A DNA stretch of 64,000 nucleotides from a virus: positions 10,388-74,387 of the IMG/VR virus record IMGVR_UViG_3300028844_003737; one strand, written 5' to 3'. Shown piece after piece: positions 18,167-26,600 of this stretch. A program made the translations under genes and the position numbers. A model generated the notes under the pieces. The model made no database searches, had not been told where the DNA came from, and saw only the letters and a list, made by a program, of their open reading frames with translations. Position 1 is the stretch's first letter. Each line of letters opens with the position of its first letter.

Positions 18167-19117
18167 ATGGTAATGAATATAGGATATGCTTGTATCAACA
18201 TGCAATTGTCGTACCCACAAAAATATGGTGGTCAACCTAAAGGTGTAAAGCCGATAACTACTGGTAGGAGTATGATAAAACGAACATTTCTATCTAAGGG
18301 TGTAGACTATGCTAGTGAACTTACACTAGCCAATGCTATGGACTTAGATAAGATTATGGATTGGAATATACTGAATGGGTACAATTTCTTTCGTATCACA
18401 TCAGGCCTCGCACCTTGGAAGTCTGAGTATGAATGGGATGACTTGAAAGATATTGAAAAGATTAGACAATACTTACACTCTGCTGGCGTGAAAGCTAAAA
18501 CTCATAATATTCGTATCACATCTCATCCAGGTCCTTTCAATGTACTTACATCGCCACATCCGCATGTAGTTGAAAATTGTATTGGTGATTTGACTGACCA
18601 TGCTGCTACATTTGATATGATGGGACTAAGTGAGACGCCATACAACAAAATCAATATTCATATTGGCGGTGCTTATGGAGATAAAGAATCAGCTATGAAG
18701 AGATTCTGTGAAAACTTCAAAATGTTACCAAAATCTGTACAGAGTAGACTAACAGTAGAAAACGATGACAAAGCTAGTATGTATTCAGTTAGGGATTTGT
18801 ATGATGGTGTTTACAAAGTAATTGGTATTCCTATCGTATTTGATTACCACCACCATCAGTTTTGTACAGGCGATTTATCAGAACAACAAGCTTTGGAGTT
18901 GGCTATATCAACTTGGCCTGATGGTATCACACCAGCTACTCACTATTCAGAGAGTAGACGAGATGAACAGAAAGATGAGACTATCAGAGTTCAAGCTCAT
19001 TCAGATTATGTTTTACAAAAAATCAATACTTATGGTAATGAGATTGATGTTATGGTAGAAGCTAAACACAAAGAACTAGCAGTAGAAAAATATAAGGAAT
19101 TACATATGGGGCTGTAG
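18167..19117 (+). CDS. uvsE: UV DNA damage endonuclease
   Basis: IGYACIN, FFRITS, SHPGPF, NIHIGG, RLTVENDD, FDYHHH, HYSES, AHSD, MVEAKHKE. Confidence 0.95.
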   Translation: MVMNIGYACINMQLSYPQKYGGQPKGVKPITTGRSMIKRTFLSKGVDYASELTLANAMDLDKIMDWNILNGYNFFRITSGLAPWKSEYEWDDLKDIEKIRQYLHSAGVKAKTHNIRITSHPGPFNVLTSPHPHVVENCIGDLTDHAATFDMMGLSETPYNKINIHIGGAYGDKESAMKRFCENFKMLPKSVQSRLTVENDDKASMYSVRDLYDGVYKVIGIPIVFDYHHHQFCTGDLSEQQALELAISTWPDGITPATHYSESRRDEQKDETIRVQAHSDYVLQKINTYGNEIDVMVEAKHKELAVEKYKELHMGL

Positions 19118-19180
19118 CTCAGTTGGGAGAGCGCTTCCCTTGCACGGAAGAAGTCGCAGGTTCGATCCCTGTCAGCTCCA
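19108..19180 (+). tRNA. tRNA-Ala(TGC)
   Basis: Full cloverleaf, G3:U70 identity pair, anticodon loop CT-TGC-AC, TTCGATC T-loop; CCA not encoded. Confidence 0.95.
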
Positions 19181-19186
19181 CATATT

Positions 19187-19450
19187 ATGTGGTATAAAAT
19201 AAAAGCAAAAGATATGTCGTTAGGTAAACCAAATGGAATAGTTGTTACATTTTCTATTTGGGCTGATGATGAAAAGAAACTCAGTAAGATATTAGCTGAT
19301 AAAAATTGTGTTGATATTAGTATATTAGATAGTACAGAAGAAGAGTGGACTCCTGAATGGGCTGATTCAGTAGATGAAAATTCGGTTATTGAGATGATAC
19401 CAGACCCAAAAGATATACCTAATATTGAAAGTGAAAATCCCTTTTGGTAA
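19187..19450 (+). CDS. hypothetical protein with acidic C-terminus
   Basis: ORF directly after the tRNA. Confidence 0.6.
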   Translation: MWYKIKAKDMSLGKPNGIVVTFSIWADDEKKLSKILADKNCVDISILDSTEEEWTPEWADSVDENSVIEMIPDPKDIPNIESENPFW

Positions 19451-19552
19451 ATAAATGAGCTTTTCTGGAATAAAAGTATGCCGATACTGCAATTTCTCAC
19501 TCCATGGATCATGTAAACACAAATGAGTGAGTATAAAAAAAGATCAATAAAT

Positions 19553-19594
19553 CTGGACTTTTTACTTGTATATATGCTCAAAAATGTGTAGCTT
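19553..19594 (+). promoter_or_regulatory. repeated early promoter
   Basis: CTGGACTTTTT shared with the 17453 copy; TTGTAT(19566)-N17-TAGCTT(19589). Confidence 0.75.
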
Positions 19595-19620
19595 TATATA
19601 TAATGAAAGAGGAAAATAAA

Positions 19621-20214
19621 ATGAATAAGAATCAAATCGAAACAGACATCAATTATCATATTTCTATGGTATATGAATTGGCTTCAAATATGGGAGTAAG
19701 TAACCCATTTGATAAATATAAATTTAGAGAACTTCAGGTTGGTTCTATTTTAGGACATGAGGTTTTCGAAGGTGCTTCTAATGGTGGAGACAATGATGAG
19801 ACATTTGGTGCTGATGCTCATGAAGCAGATGGTTCTAAAGCTGAGTATAAGTCTGTAACTTTGGATAAGAAAGAGTTAGATAAGTTCTTAGGTAACAATG
19901 TTCGTGGAACTACTTTGAAAGCAGCTGGTGTCTATAATGGTGCTTACTCTGCTGAAAGTATCAATAGGTATAGAGAATGTAACCACTACTTCTCACTTCA
20001 TTATGGTGGTGATGTTGTCGCTATTGTAAAAGTAGACACAACTTATGTATGTGATACTTTGATGGCTAATAACAATAAGAGAGAAGAAAAGACTATGAAG
20101 TTGATTGCTGAAGGTGCTAAGAAACTTCCAACTACTAATTGTAACTCTGTATCAGTTGAGGTTGTTGATTCAAACCCAATTATAGAGTTTGTCTATGTAA
20201 ATGAGAAATACTAA
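19621..20214 (+). CDS. PvuII-like PD-(D/E)xK restriction endonuclease
   Basis: HI..YELA..MGV.NPF...ELQV..ILG...GADA.EADG...EYKS, then YFSLH-GG-VVAI, parallels R.PvuII as recalled (GNDAVDNAGQEYELKS); catalytic D...ExK present. Confidence 0.65.
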   Translation: MNKNQIETDINYHISMVYELASNMGVSNPFDKYKFRELQVGSILGHEVFEGASNGGDNDETFGADAHEADGSKAEYKSVTLDKKELDKFLGNNVRGTTLKAAGVYNGAYSAESINRYRECNHYFSLHYGGDVVAIVKVDTTYVCDTLMANNNKREEKTMKLIAEGAKKLPTTNCNSVSVEVVDSNPIIEFVYVNEKY

Positions 20215-20256
20215 AAATAAAATTGTATTTCAGGTATTATATAGATATATATTATT

Positions 20257-20328
20257 GCGGGTGAAGTGTTATAGGAAACACACTTCGATACCATCGAAGA
20301 GATGTAGGTTCGACTCCCACCACCCGCT
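20257..20328 (+). tRNA. tRNA-Gly with ACC anticodon
   Basis: Acceptor GCGGGTG/CACCCGC with U73; D stem GTGT/ACAC; anticodon stem CTTCG/CGAAG, loop AT-ACC-AT; 4-nt variable loop; TTCGACT T-loop; one T-stem mismatch. Confidence 0.85.
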
Positions 20329-20390
20329 CAAACTTTCGGCCATCAAAGGCTATTTACTAATTACTAATTGAATATTTATAGGAAAATGTT

Positions 20391-21584
20391 ATGAGTTTCA
20401 CCGACTTTTTTGACGAACCCAAGTTTGACTTCGAAGCTGAACGTAAGAAGTTTATCGATAATTTAGACTATCTAAAGTCTATGTCTGTTCAAGAACAAAC
20501 GCTTTATAAAAAATGGTTAGAGTTCAATGCTGATGTCTATTCTATGACTCAGAAAGCTCCACACTTTTCTAAGATAGAGAAATCTATTTGGACACCAAAA
20601 GATATAAATAATAAAGAACAAACTATCAAAGAGATAGAAGCCTTAGAACCTTATGTTGAGATGACAGAACAAGGTAACACTAAACATAATGAAGAGTGGA
20701 CATTGGTTCGTAGGTTGATTCATACTATGGAATTTACTGCTAATCCTGGCAGAAATGTAAAGTTCTATGTAAAAGATAAAGTAACTAAAAAGATTTTAGG
20801 TATTATATGTTTAGGCTCTGATGTAACATCATTGGGAGCTAGAGATAATTTTATTGGTTGGACAAAAGATAATAAGTTCAAAGATGGTAAATTGAAATAT
20901 ACTTCCATCGGTACTACTATTTGTTGTGCTCAACCATTAGGTTTTAATTTTTTGGGGGGTAAGTTAGTAGCCGCTTTAGTAACTTCATCGGTTGTAAGAG
21001 ACGCTTGGAAGAAACTATACGGGCAGACACTTGTTGGACTATCAACTACATCGCTATACGGAATACATTCTATGTATAACTCTATACCACTTTGGAGAAC
21101 TATGGGTTCTTCTAAAGGTAGGATTGCGCTAAAGCCTGACGATGAGACTTATGATATATGGCACCAGTGGTTGAAGGAAAATAAAGAAGAAGAGTACTTA
21201 GCGGCTACTACACAAAAAGAGGGCGTTGCTGGTCCTCCAACTGGAGTAAAACAAAAGACAATCAATTTGATTTTCAAAGCAGTTGGAATCAAAGCATCTG
21301 AATATCAACACGGATTCAAACGTGGTATTTACTTTGCTGATATCTATGAAAATGGTAAAGAGTTTTTGCGTGGTGAGATAGAAGAAAAAGATTTGAAGAT
21401 GAAGAAAAAGTATGTCGAAGATTCTGATTATATTATGAAGTGGTGGAAACCAAAGGCTATCAAGAGATATAGTAAGTTATTTGATGAAGGTAGACTAAAG
21501 CCAGAAAAACTTTTCTATGGTGATATCGTAGGAACTGAATGGGAAGAAACAAAGAAAAAGTATTTAGGAGAAGTAGGTAGATGA
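20391..21584 (+). CDS. DUF4338 (DruA-like) protein
   Basis: PGRNVKFYV, LGARDNFIGW, QPLGFNFLGGKLVAAL, TTSLYG..SMYN. Confidence 0.8.
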   Translation: MSFTDFFDEPKFDFEAERKKFIDNLDYLKSMSVQEQTLYKKWLEFNADVYSMTQKAPHFSKIEKSIWTPKDINNKEQTIKEIEALEPYVEMTEQGNTKHNEEWTLVRRLIHTMEFTANPGRNVKFYVKDKVTKKILGIICLGSDVTSLGARDNFIGWTKDNKFKDGKLKYTSIGTTICCAQPLGFNFLGGKLVAALVTSSVVRDAWKKLYGQTLVGLSTTSLYGIHSMYNSIPLWRTMGSSKGRIALKPDDETYDIWHQWLKENKEEEYLAATTQKEGVAGPPTGVKQKTINLIFKAVGIKASEYQHGFKRGIYFADIYENGKEFLRGEIEEKDLKMKKKYVEDSDYIMKWWKPKAIKRYSKLFDEGRLKPEKLFYGDIVGTEWEETKKKYLGEVGR

Positions 21585-22372
21585 TATTAGAAAATAAAGA
21601 TTGTTTAGAATTTTTATCAGAGTTAGATACAGAATCAGTAGATTTAGTTCTAACAGACCCACCTTACTTTATAGGTTATGATGGTGGTAAGGGCTGGGAT
21701 TCTGCTTGGGACAGTGAAGAAGAATATTTAGACTGGTGCATGAAGTGGAGTGAAGAATGTGTAAGAGTCTTGAAACCTAGTGGGTGTATGTATGTTTGGG
21801 GTACTACTAAAACCGATACATTTTTGAAATATAAATTAGATATTCTAAACTCTTTTGAAGATATGGTTTACCAAAGTTGGATAATATGGTCTTATGATTG
21901 GGGTGGTAGAACGAAGAAAAACTTTGCTAGAAAGCATGAGGACTTACTTATGTATTCTAAAGGTAAAGAGTTTATGTTCAATAGAGACGATATTAGAATT
22001 CCTTATATTATGAAAAAAAGTGTTCGTAAAGGAACAGAACTAAATCCACTTGGTAAGATACCAACTGATGTTTGGCCTAAAAATAATCATACAACATCAA
22101 AAGAATATGCTGGATGGCATCCAACTCAAAAGCCAGTTGAGTTATTGGAAAGAATTATAAAAGCTCATACAAATCCTCATGATGTAGTATTAGATATATT
22201 CAATGGAAGTGGAAGTACTACTATAGCTTGTGCTAATACTCAAAGAGATTTCTTAGGGTGCGAGTTAGATAAAGAATATTATGATAAGTCTCTGAAGAGA
22301 ATTGATGAGTTGACTGGTATTGGTAAGTTTACAAGTAATAAACTAATTGATATTTTAGGAAAAAGTACTTGA
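21581..22372 (+). CDS. amino (N6-A/N4-C) DNA methyltransferase, beta class
   Basis: Motif IV TDPPY near the N-terminus, HPTQKP, motif I LDIFNGSGST near the C-terminus. Confidence 0.93.
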   Translation: MILENKDCLEFLSELDTESVDLVLTDPPYFIGYDGGKGWDSAWDSEEEYLDWCMKWSEECVRVLKPSGCMYVWGTTKTDTFLKYKLDILNSFEDMVYQSWIIWSYDWGGRTKKNFARKHEDLLMYSKGKEFMFNRDDIRIPYIMKKSVRKGTELNPLGKIPTDVWPKNNHTTSKEYAGWHPTQKPVELLERIIKAHTNPHDVVLDIFNGSGSTTIACANTQRDFLGCELDKEYYDKSLKRIDELTGIGKFTSNKLIDILGKST

Positions 22373-22397
22373 CTTTTAGCATAATTATTTGTAGCTT
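22369..22397 (+). promoter_or_regulatory. repeated early promoter
   Basis: TTGACT-N17-TAGCTT. Confidence 0.75.
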
Positions 22398-22424
22398 TAG
22401 ATATAATAAAATGGAAAATAAAAA

Positions 22425-24317
22425 ATGAATAACAGAAAACCATTCAATAAACTTTTCAACAATGTTCTATCATCTGCTAAACCACCTGAAGAAAAGGGTT
22501 TGGGTGTAAGAGTAGAAGGTAAGGGTAGAACTGAGGCTAGAGAAGTTTCACTCACACCTCAGATAATTGAGGATATATTCAACGAACAAGATGGAAAGTG
22601 TGCTTTATCAGGAGCTGATTTAGACTTAGATGCTTTGTACATACCTAACAGTCCATTAGCACCATCTATCGATAGGATATCTAATAACTATGGATACCAT
22701 CGTGATAATGTTCATATCGTTCTAAGATTTGTAAATATGGGTCGTGGAAAAAGTGAAGTAAATGAAGCTGTAGCAGCTATAAATTCTATAAAAGCTGCAG
22801 ACTATGAAATTGGGCCTTGGTACTTTCCACCTATACCATACGATGAACTATTCTATAAACCTATAGCTAATTCTCTTGAAGCAGCTCAGTTGGGTTTGAT
22901 AAATATCTTACAAGCACCGATGGGTGCTGGTAAAACTTACACAGCATTCATGCATCTTATTCCTGAACTGATTACTAAAAAGGATGTTGATGTAATATGG
23001 TTCTTTGCTCCAAATTGTGACAACATACCTAAGGATGAGTTCAATGATTATTTGGATGAGTGGTATGGGGATGAACGATTTGAGGGTATGAATCTTAGAA
23101 AGATAAAGATAATAAAAGTTGGTGGTCTTAATGCAAGACCTTGGAGAGAAGCAAAGAAAAAAATTAGAGATGGTTATACAACTATATTTATTTCTACCGA
23201 TGCCACTATAGGTAAAGTGCTCTTAGAAAAAGATACATATGAACCAACTGAAGATTATAAATACTTGAAGTCTTTAGGGCAAAGGTTTGCTTTACTGAGA
23301 GATGAAATACACTATGGTTCTGTATCGGATAAGAAACTATTGAAAAAGGTTATGGGTGGTTCTGAGAACGAAAAGTATAAAGCCAGAATGTACAATGTTA
23401 TGTCTGAGTTTACGGAAGTTACTCCTTGGGTATTTGGGTTTTCAGCAACACCAACATCAGAACAAATAGAAGAAGAAGTTGGAACAAGTAAGTATCAAAT
23501 AATAAATGGTTGGGTTTCTCCAAAAGATTGTATAGCAAATAGTGCTTGGATAGGTAATATCTATCAAACATTAGATTTGAAAAAGTATTGTGATGATAAT
23601 TATATGATGAAGTCTTTGAGGAGACTAATGTCTCGTGTAGAAAGTAGAAGTCTGATTATGGATAAGATGGTAGAATCAAACTCAAAGGACTTTCCAATAC
23701 TAAATAAACTGATAACTAAAACTACTGGTATGATAAAGGTTGATGTTGGAAGTGATAAAGAACATAAAGCATGTTTGTATAGAGTAAAAAAACTTTTAGT
23801 AAAAGCTGGTATTCCAAGTGATTGGACATTCATTGAAACTACTGCAGATGGATGGGTAGAGTATAATTCAAAAGGTAGAGTTGAACAAAAGAATACAGGT
23901 CTTGGATGGTTGAGTGAAATAAATGATCCAAATAGTTCTGCTAGATTACTTGTTGTTGTGAATAAAGGTGATAAAGGTATAAATGTACCTACACTAACAG
24001 ATGGATTGATTTTTAGAAATCCAACACCAAGAGACAAAGAGTTAGGTATTTGGATTGTTAGAAATCCATTACAATTATTAGGTAGATGGGTTCGTAAGAA
24101 TTGGGGTGGTTTATCTTTAGAGGAAATAAATTCTCTATCAAGAGAAATAAGCTATCAAATTTTTTCTCAACTAAACACTTTTGATATTGAGGTACCAGAT
24201 ACACCACAATGGAAACAGACTATCGAAGAGTTTACACATCCAGTAAATGGTTATGCTGTAAGTGCTATAGATATATTAGGTTATGAATTTCAATGGCAAA
24301 GAAAAAAGACTGCATGA
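22425..24317 (+). CDS. HNH-like nuclease domain fused to SF2 (restriction-type) helicase/ATPase
   Basis: N-terminal CALSG...SIDRISNNYGY..DNVHIV...N; helicase motifs QAPMGAGKT, FFAPN, DEIH, SATP, GINVP, QLLGRWVR. Confidence 0.8.
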   Translation: MNNRKPFNKLFNNVLSSAKPPEEKGLGVRVEGKGRTEAREVSLTPQIIEDIFNEQDGKCALSGADLDLDALYIPNSPLAPSIDRISNNYGYHRDNVHIVLRFVNMGRGKSEVNEAVAAINSIKAADYEIGPWYFPPIPYDELFYKPIANSLEAAQLGLINILQAPMGAGKTYTAFMHLIPELITKKDVDVIWFFAPNCDNIPKDEFNDYLDEWYGDERFEGMNLRKIKIIKVGGLNARPWREAKKKIRDGYTTIFISTDATIGKVLLEKDTYEPTEDYKYLKSLGQRFALLRDEIHYGSVSDKKLLKKVMGGSENEKYKARMYNVMSEFTEVTPWVFGFSATPTSEQIEEEVGTSKYQIINGWVSPKDCIANSAWIGNIYQTLDLKKYCDDNYMMKSLRRLMSRVESRSLIMDKMVESNSKDFPILNKLITKTTGMIKVDVGSDKEHKACLYRVKKLLVKAGIPSDWTFIETTADGWVEYNSKGRVEQKNTGLGWLSEINDPNSSARLLVVVNKGDKGINVPTLTDGLIFRNPTPRDKELGIWIVRNPLQLLGRWVRKNWGGLSLEEINSLSREISYQIFSQLNTFDIEVPDTPQWKQTIEEFTHPVNGYAVSAIDILGYEFQWQRKKTA

Positions 24318-25570
24318 TGAGAAAATTTTTTGAAGAATCAGACGAAAGTAGAGAATATAAATATAGGTGTTTGGTATATCCTAATATAACCTTTCAGAAG
24401 GACTTTACTAAGGATAGTTATTATATTATAATGTCTAACATACTAAAGTATTTGACAGCGCTGAGAGAGGATATACACTTTACAGTGCTTACTCCAGAAA
24501 TAATGCCTGGCTTTCAATATGAGAATACTGAACAAGTTCTTTACAAACAACCAACTTATCCAAATGAGATGAGACAACATTTCGATACTTATCAACTGAA
24601 AAAGATTACCGACTATAAAACTAAAGATTGGGATTTTGTATATTGTTATTTACCTGAACATGCGCTACAATTAGAAAATCATTTCAACAATATGACTAAT
24701 TGTAGACCTATTATATTTGGTTATGATGCTTATATAGAAATACCAAAGACGACTGGTTATGAGTCAAGTTTACTTAGACAGCATTATGCTGGCTTGATGT
24801 CTATGAATAGTGTTGGTGTAAATTCACAGGCAGTAAAAGATACTATTATAGAACACGCACCAAGTTGTTTACCTGATAAAGATGTAGAGGTACTAAAAGA
24901 TAAGATAAAACCTTTACCTCGTGGTTGGGATAATGTAGAAGGCCCAAGAAAAAAACCAAACTCAGAGTCTAAAGTAATTGTTTGGAATCATAGGGCTAAT
25001 AGTTACAAAAGCTATCCTTGGTTCTTACAACAGATGGATAAGTTATGGGAACAAAGAAAAGATTTTACAGTATGGGTGCCGCTAGCTGATTCAATAGATA
25101 GAGAATATATCTATAATGATAAATTTGATAGACAAGGATACTTTACAGAACTATCTAAGTGTTGGGTAGGTGCTTGTGGACAATCACATCATACAGGATG
25201 GGCTAACTCTGCTTCCGATGGTATGGCTGTTGGTGTACCTTATATCTTTTATGATGCTGATTACTACTCACAATATGCTGAGGATGCTGGTATCTACTTC
25301 AAAAAAGATGAAGAGTTCATAAAAGAAATGAATAATATATTAGATGACGAAGATTATAGAAATTTATATTCTGAGAAATCAGAGACATTGGGAAAGCAAA
25401 ACTCTTGGGAAGTTGTGGATTATATCCACAAAATTGGCTCAGTAACAAAAAAGCAGCTGTTAGAATATATTGGATGGGGTAGAGGAATACCTTTCAATAT
25501 CTACAGAAATAGACTTAGAACTGAACCTACAATAATATTAACTAAATATGGATATGAGGTAAGAAAATGA
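24314..25570 (+). CDS. GT-B glycosyltransferase, possibly DNA-modifying
   Basis: VIVWNHR...KSY, GW..SASDGMAVGVPYI (GT4-like); short basic C-terminal extension; ATGA overlap with helicase. Confidence 0.75.
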   Translation: MMRKFFEESDESREYKYRCLVYPNITFQKDFTKDSYYIIMSNILKYLTALREDIHFTVLTPEIMPGFQYENTEQVLYKQPTYPNEMRQHFDTYQLKKITDYKTKDWDFVYCYLPEHALQLENHFNNMTNCRPIIFGYDAYIEIPKTTGYESSLLRQHYAGLMSMNSVGVNSQAVKDTIIEHAPSCLPDKDVEVLKDKIKPLPRGWDNVEGPRKKPNSESKVIVWNHRANSYKSYPWFLQQMDKLWEQRKDFTVWVPLADSIDREYIYNDKFDRQGYFTELSKCWVGACGQSHHTGWANSASDGMAVGVPYIFYDADYYSQYAEDAGIYFKKDEEFIKEMNNILDDEDYRNLYSEKSETLGKQNSWEVVDYIHKIGSVTKKQLLEYIGWGRGIPFNIYRNRLRTEPTIILTKYGYEVRK

Positions 25571-26334
25571 AACAGCTAACAGAAAAACAGATAGTAGAAA
25601 ATTGGGAAAGCCTAATGAAACTTATCGAAGATACATTTGAAGGAGAACGTAAAGAGAAACTCTTAGGAATGTATAAGTATTTCGAAGATAGAATGTCAGT
25701 AGCGCCTGCTAGTGGAAAAGCACATTACCATAATGCTATGGTGGGTGGATATGTAGAGCATGTATTGCATGTTACAAATTGCGCTTTGAAGATAAAAAAG
25801 TTATGGGTTGAAGATGGTGCTACAATAAACTTTACAGACGAAGAACTTATCTTCGCTGCTATGCATCATGACTTGGGTAAGGTTGGTGACTTAGAAGAGG
25901 ATTACTATATACCACAAGATTCGGAATGGCATAGAAAGAATCAAGGTTCTATATTCAAACACAATCCGAAACTACAGTATATGTCTGTTACTGATAGAGC
26001 ATTATTTATTTTACAGCACTTCGGAATACCAATGTCGGAATGGGAATATATTGGATTGAGACTTACGGATGGAATGTATGAAGAAGCTAATAAGACATAT
26101 TATATGAATTATAATCCTGATTGGTCTTTAAAGTCTAATATAGCTTACATACTTCATCAGGCTGATATGATGGCTACTCATATTGAGGGTGACGAATGGA
26201 ATAGATTAGACGAAGAATCAAATGTAAAGGTTGCTACTAATATGAAAAAAGCAGTAGAAACAAAAACTGATGATAGTGATAGATTGAAAACTAAATCAGC
26301 TGATTTATTTGAAGAACTATTTGGAGAAAAATAA
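25567..26334 (+). CDS. HD-domain phosphohydrolase (YhaM-like)
   Basis: APAS...HNA..GGYVEH, HHDLGK, LHQAD. Confidence 0.88.
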   Translation: MKQLTEKQIVENWESLMKLIEDTFEGERKEKLLGMYKYFEDRMSVAPASGKAHYHNAMVGGYVEHVLHVTNCALKIKKLWVEDGATINFTDEELIFAAMHHDLGKVGDLEEDYYIPQDSEWHRKNQGSIFKHNPKLQYMSVTDRALFILQHFGIPMSEWEYIGLRLTDGMYEEANKTYYMNYNPDWSLKSNIAYILHQADMMATHIEGDEWNRLDEESNVKVATNMKKAVETKTDDSDRLKTKSADLFEELFGEK

Positions 26335-26600
26335 TGATGATTCTGGAAATAATCCTTGTATTATTGGCACTTTTATGTGTAGCTTCTTGTTATGGATTAT
26401 GGAACACTATGAAAAAGATGGAAATGATGGAAGATTGGATAGATGAATATAGTACGAGAATGTTGAATGTAAACAAAACCATAAAACAACTTGACTATAA
26501 AGATTACTTTGCTGAAGATGATGAGGTAGGAATTATATTCAAAGAAATAGAAAAAGCAGTTAATGAACTAGAAATAGAAAAGGAGCCTGTAAGTGGGTAG
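26334..26600 (+). CDS. membrane-anchored hypothetical protein
   Basis: N-terminal TM, coiled coil, DDEVG. Confidence 0.7.
   Translation: MMILEIILVLLALLCVASCYGLWNTMKKMEMMEDWIDEYSTRMLNVNKTIKQLDYKDYFAEDDEVGIIFKEIEKAVNELEIEKEPVSG

Noticed and set aside
3464-22397. Repeated ~55 bp elements as att sites or MITEs
   Set aside because: All are co-oriented, contain -35/-10 boxes and precede starts; no integrase, transposase or terminal inverted repeats
20391-24317. Complete Druantia system
   Set aside because: Only a DUF4338 gene is present; the helicase is far shorter than DruE and other Dru genes are not evident
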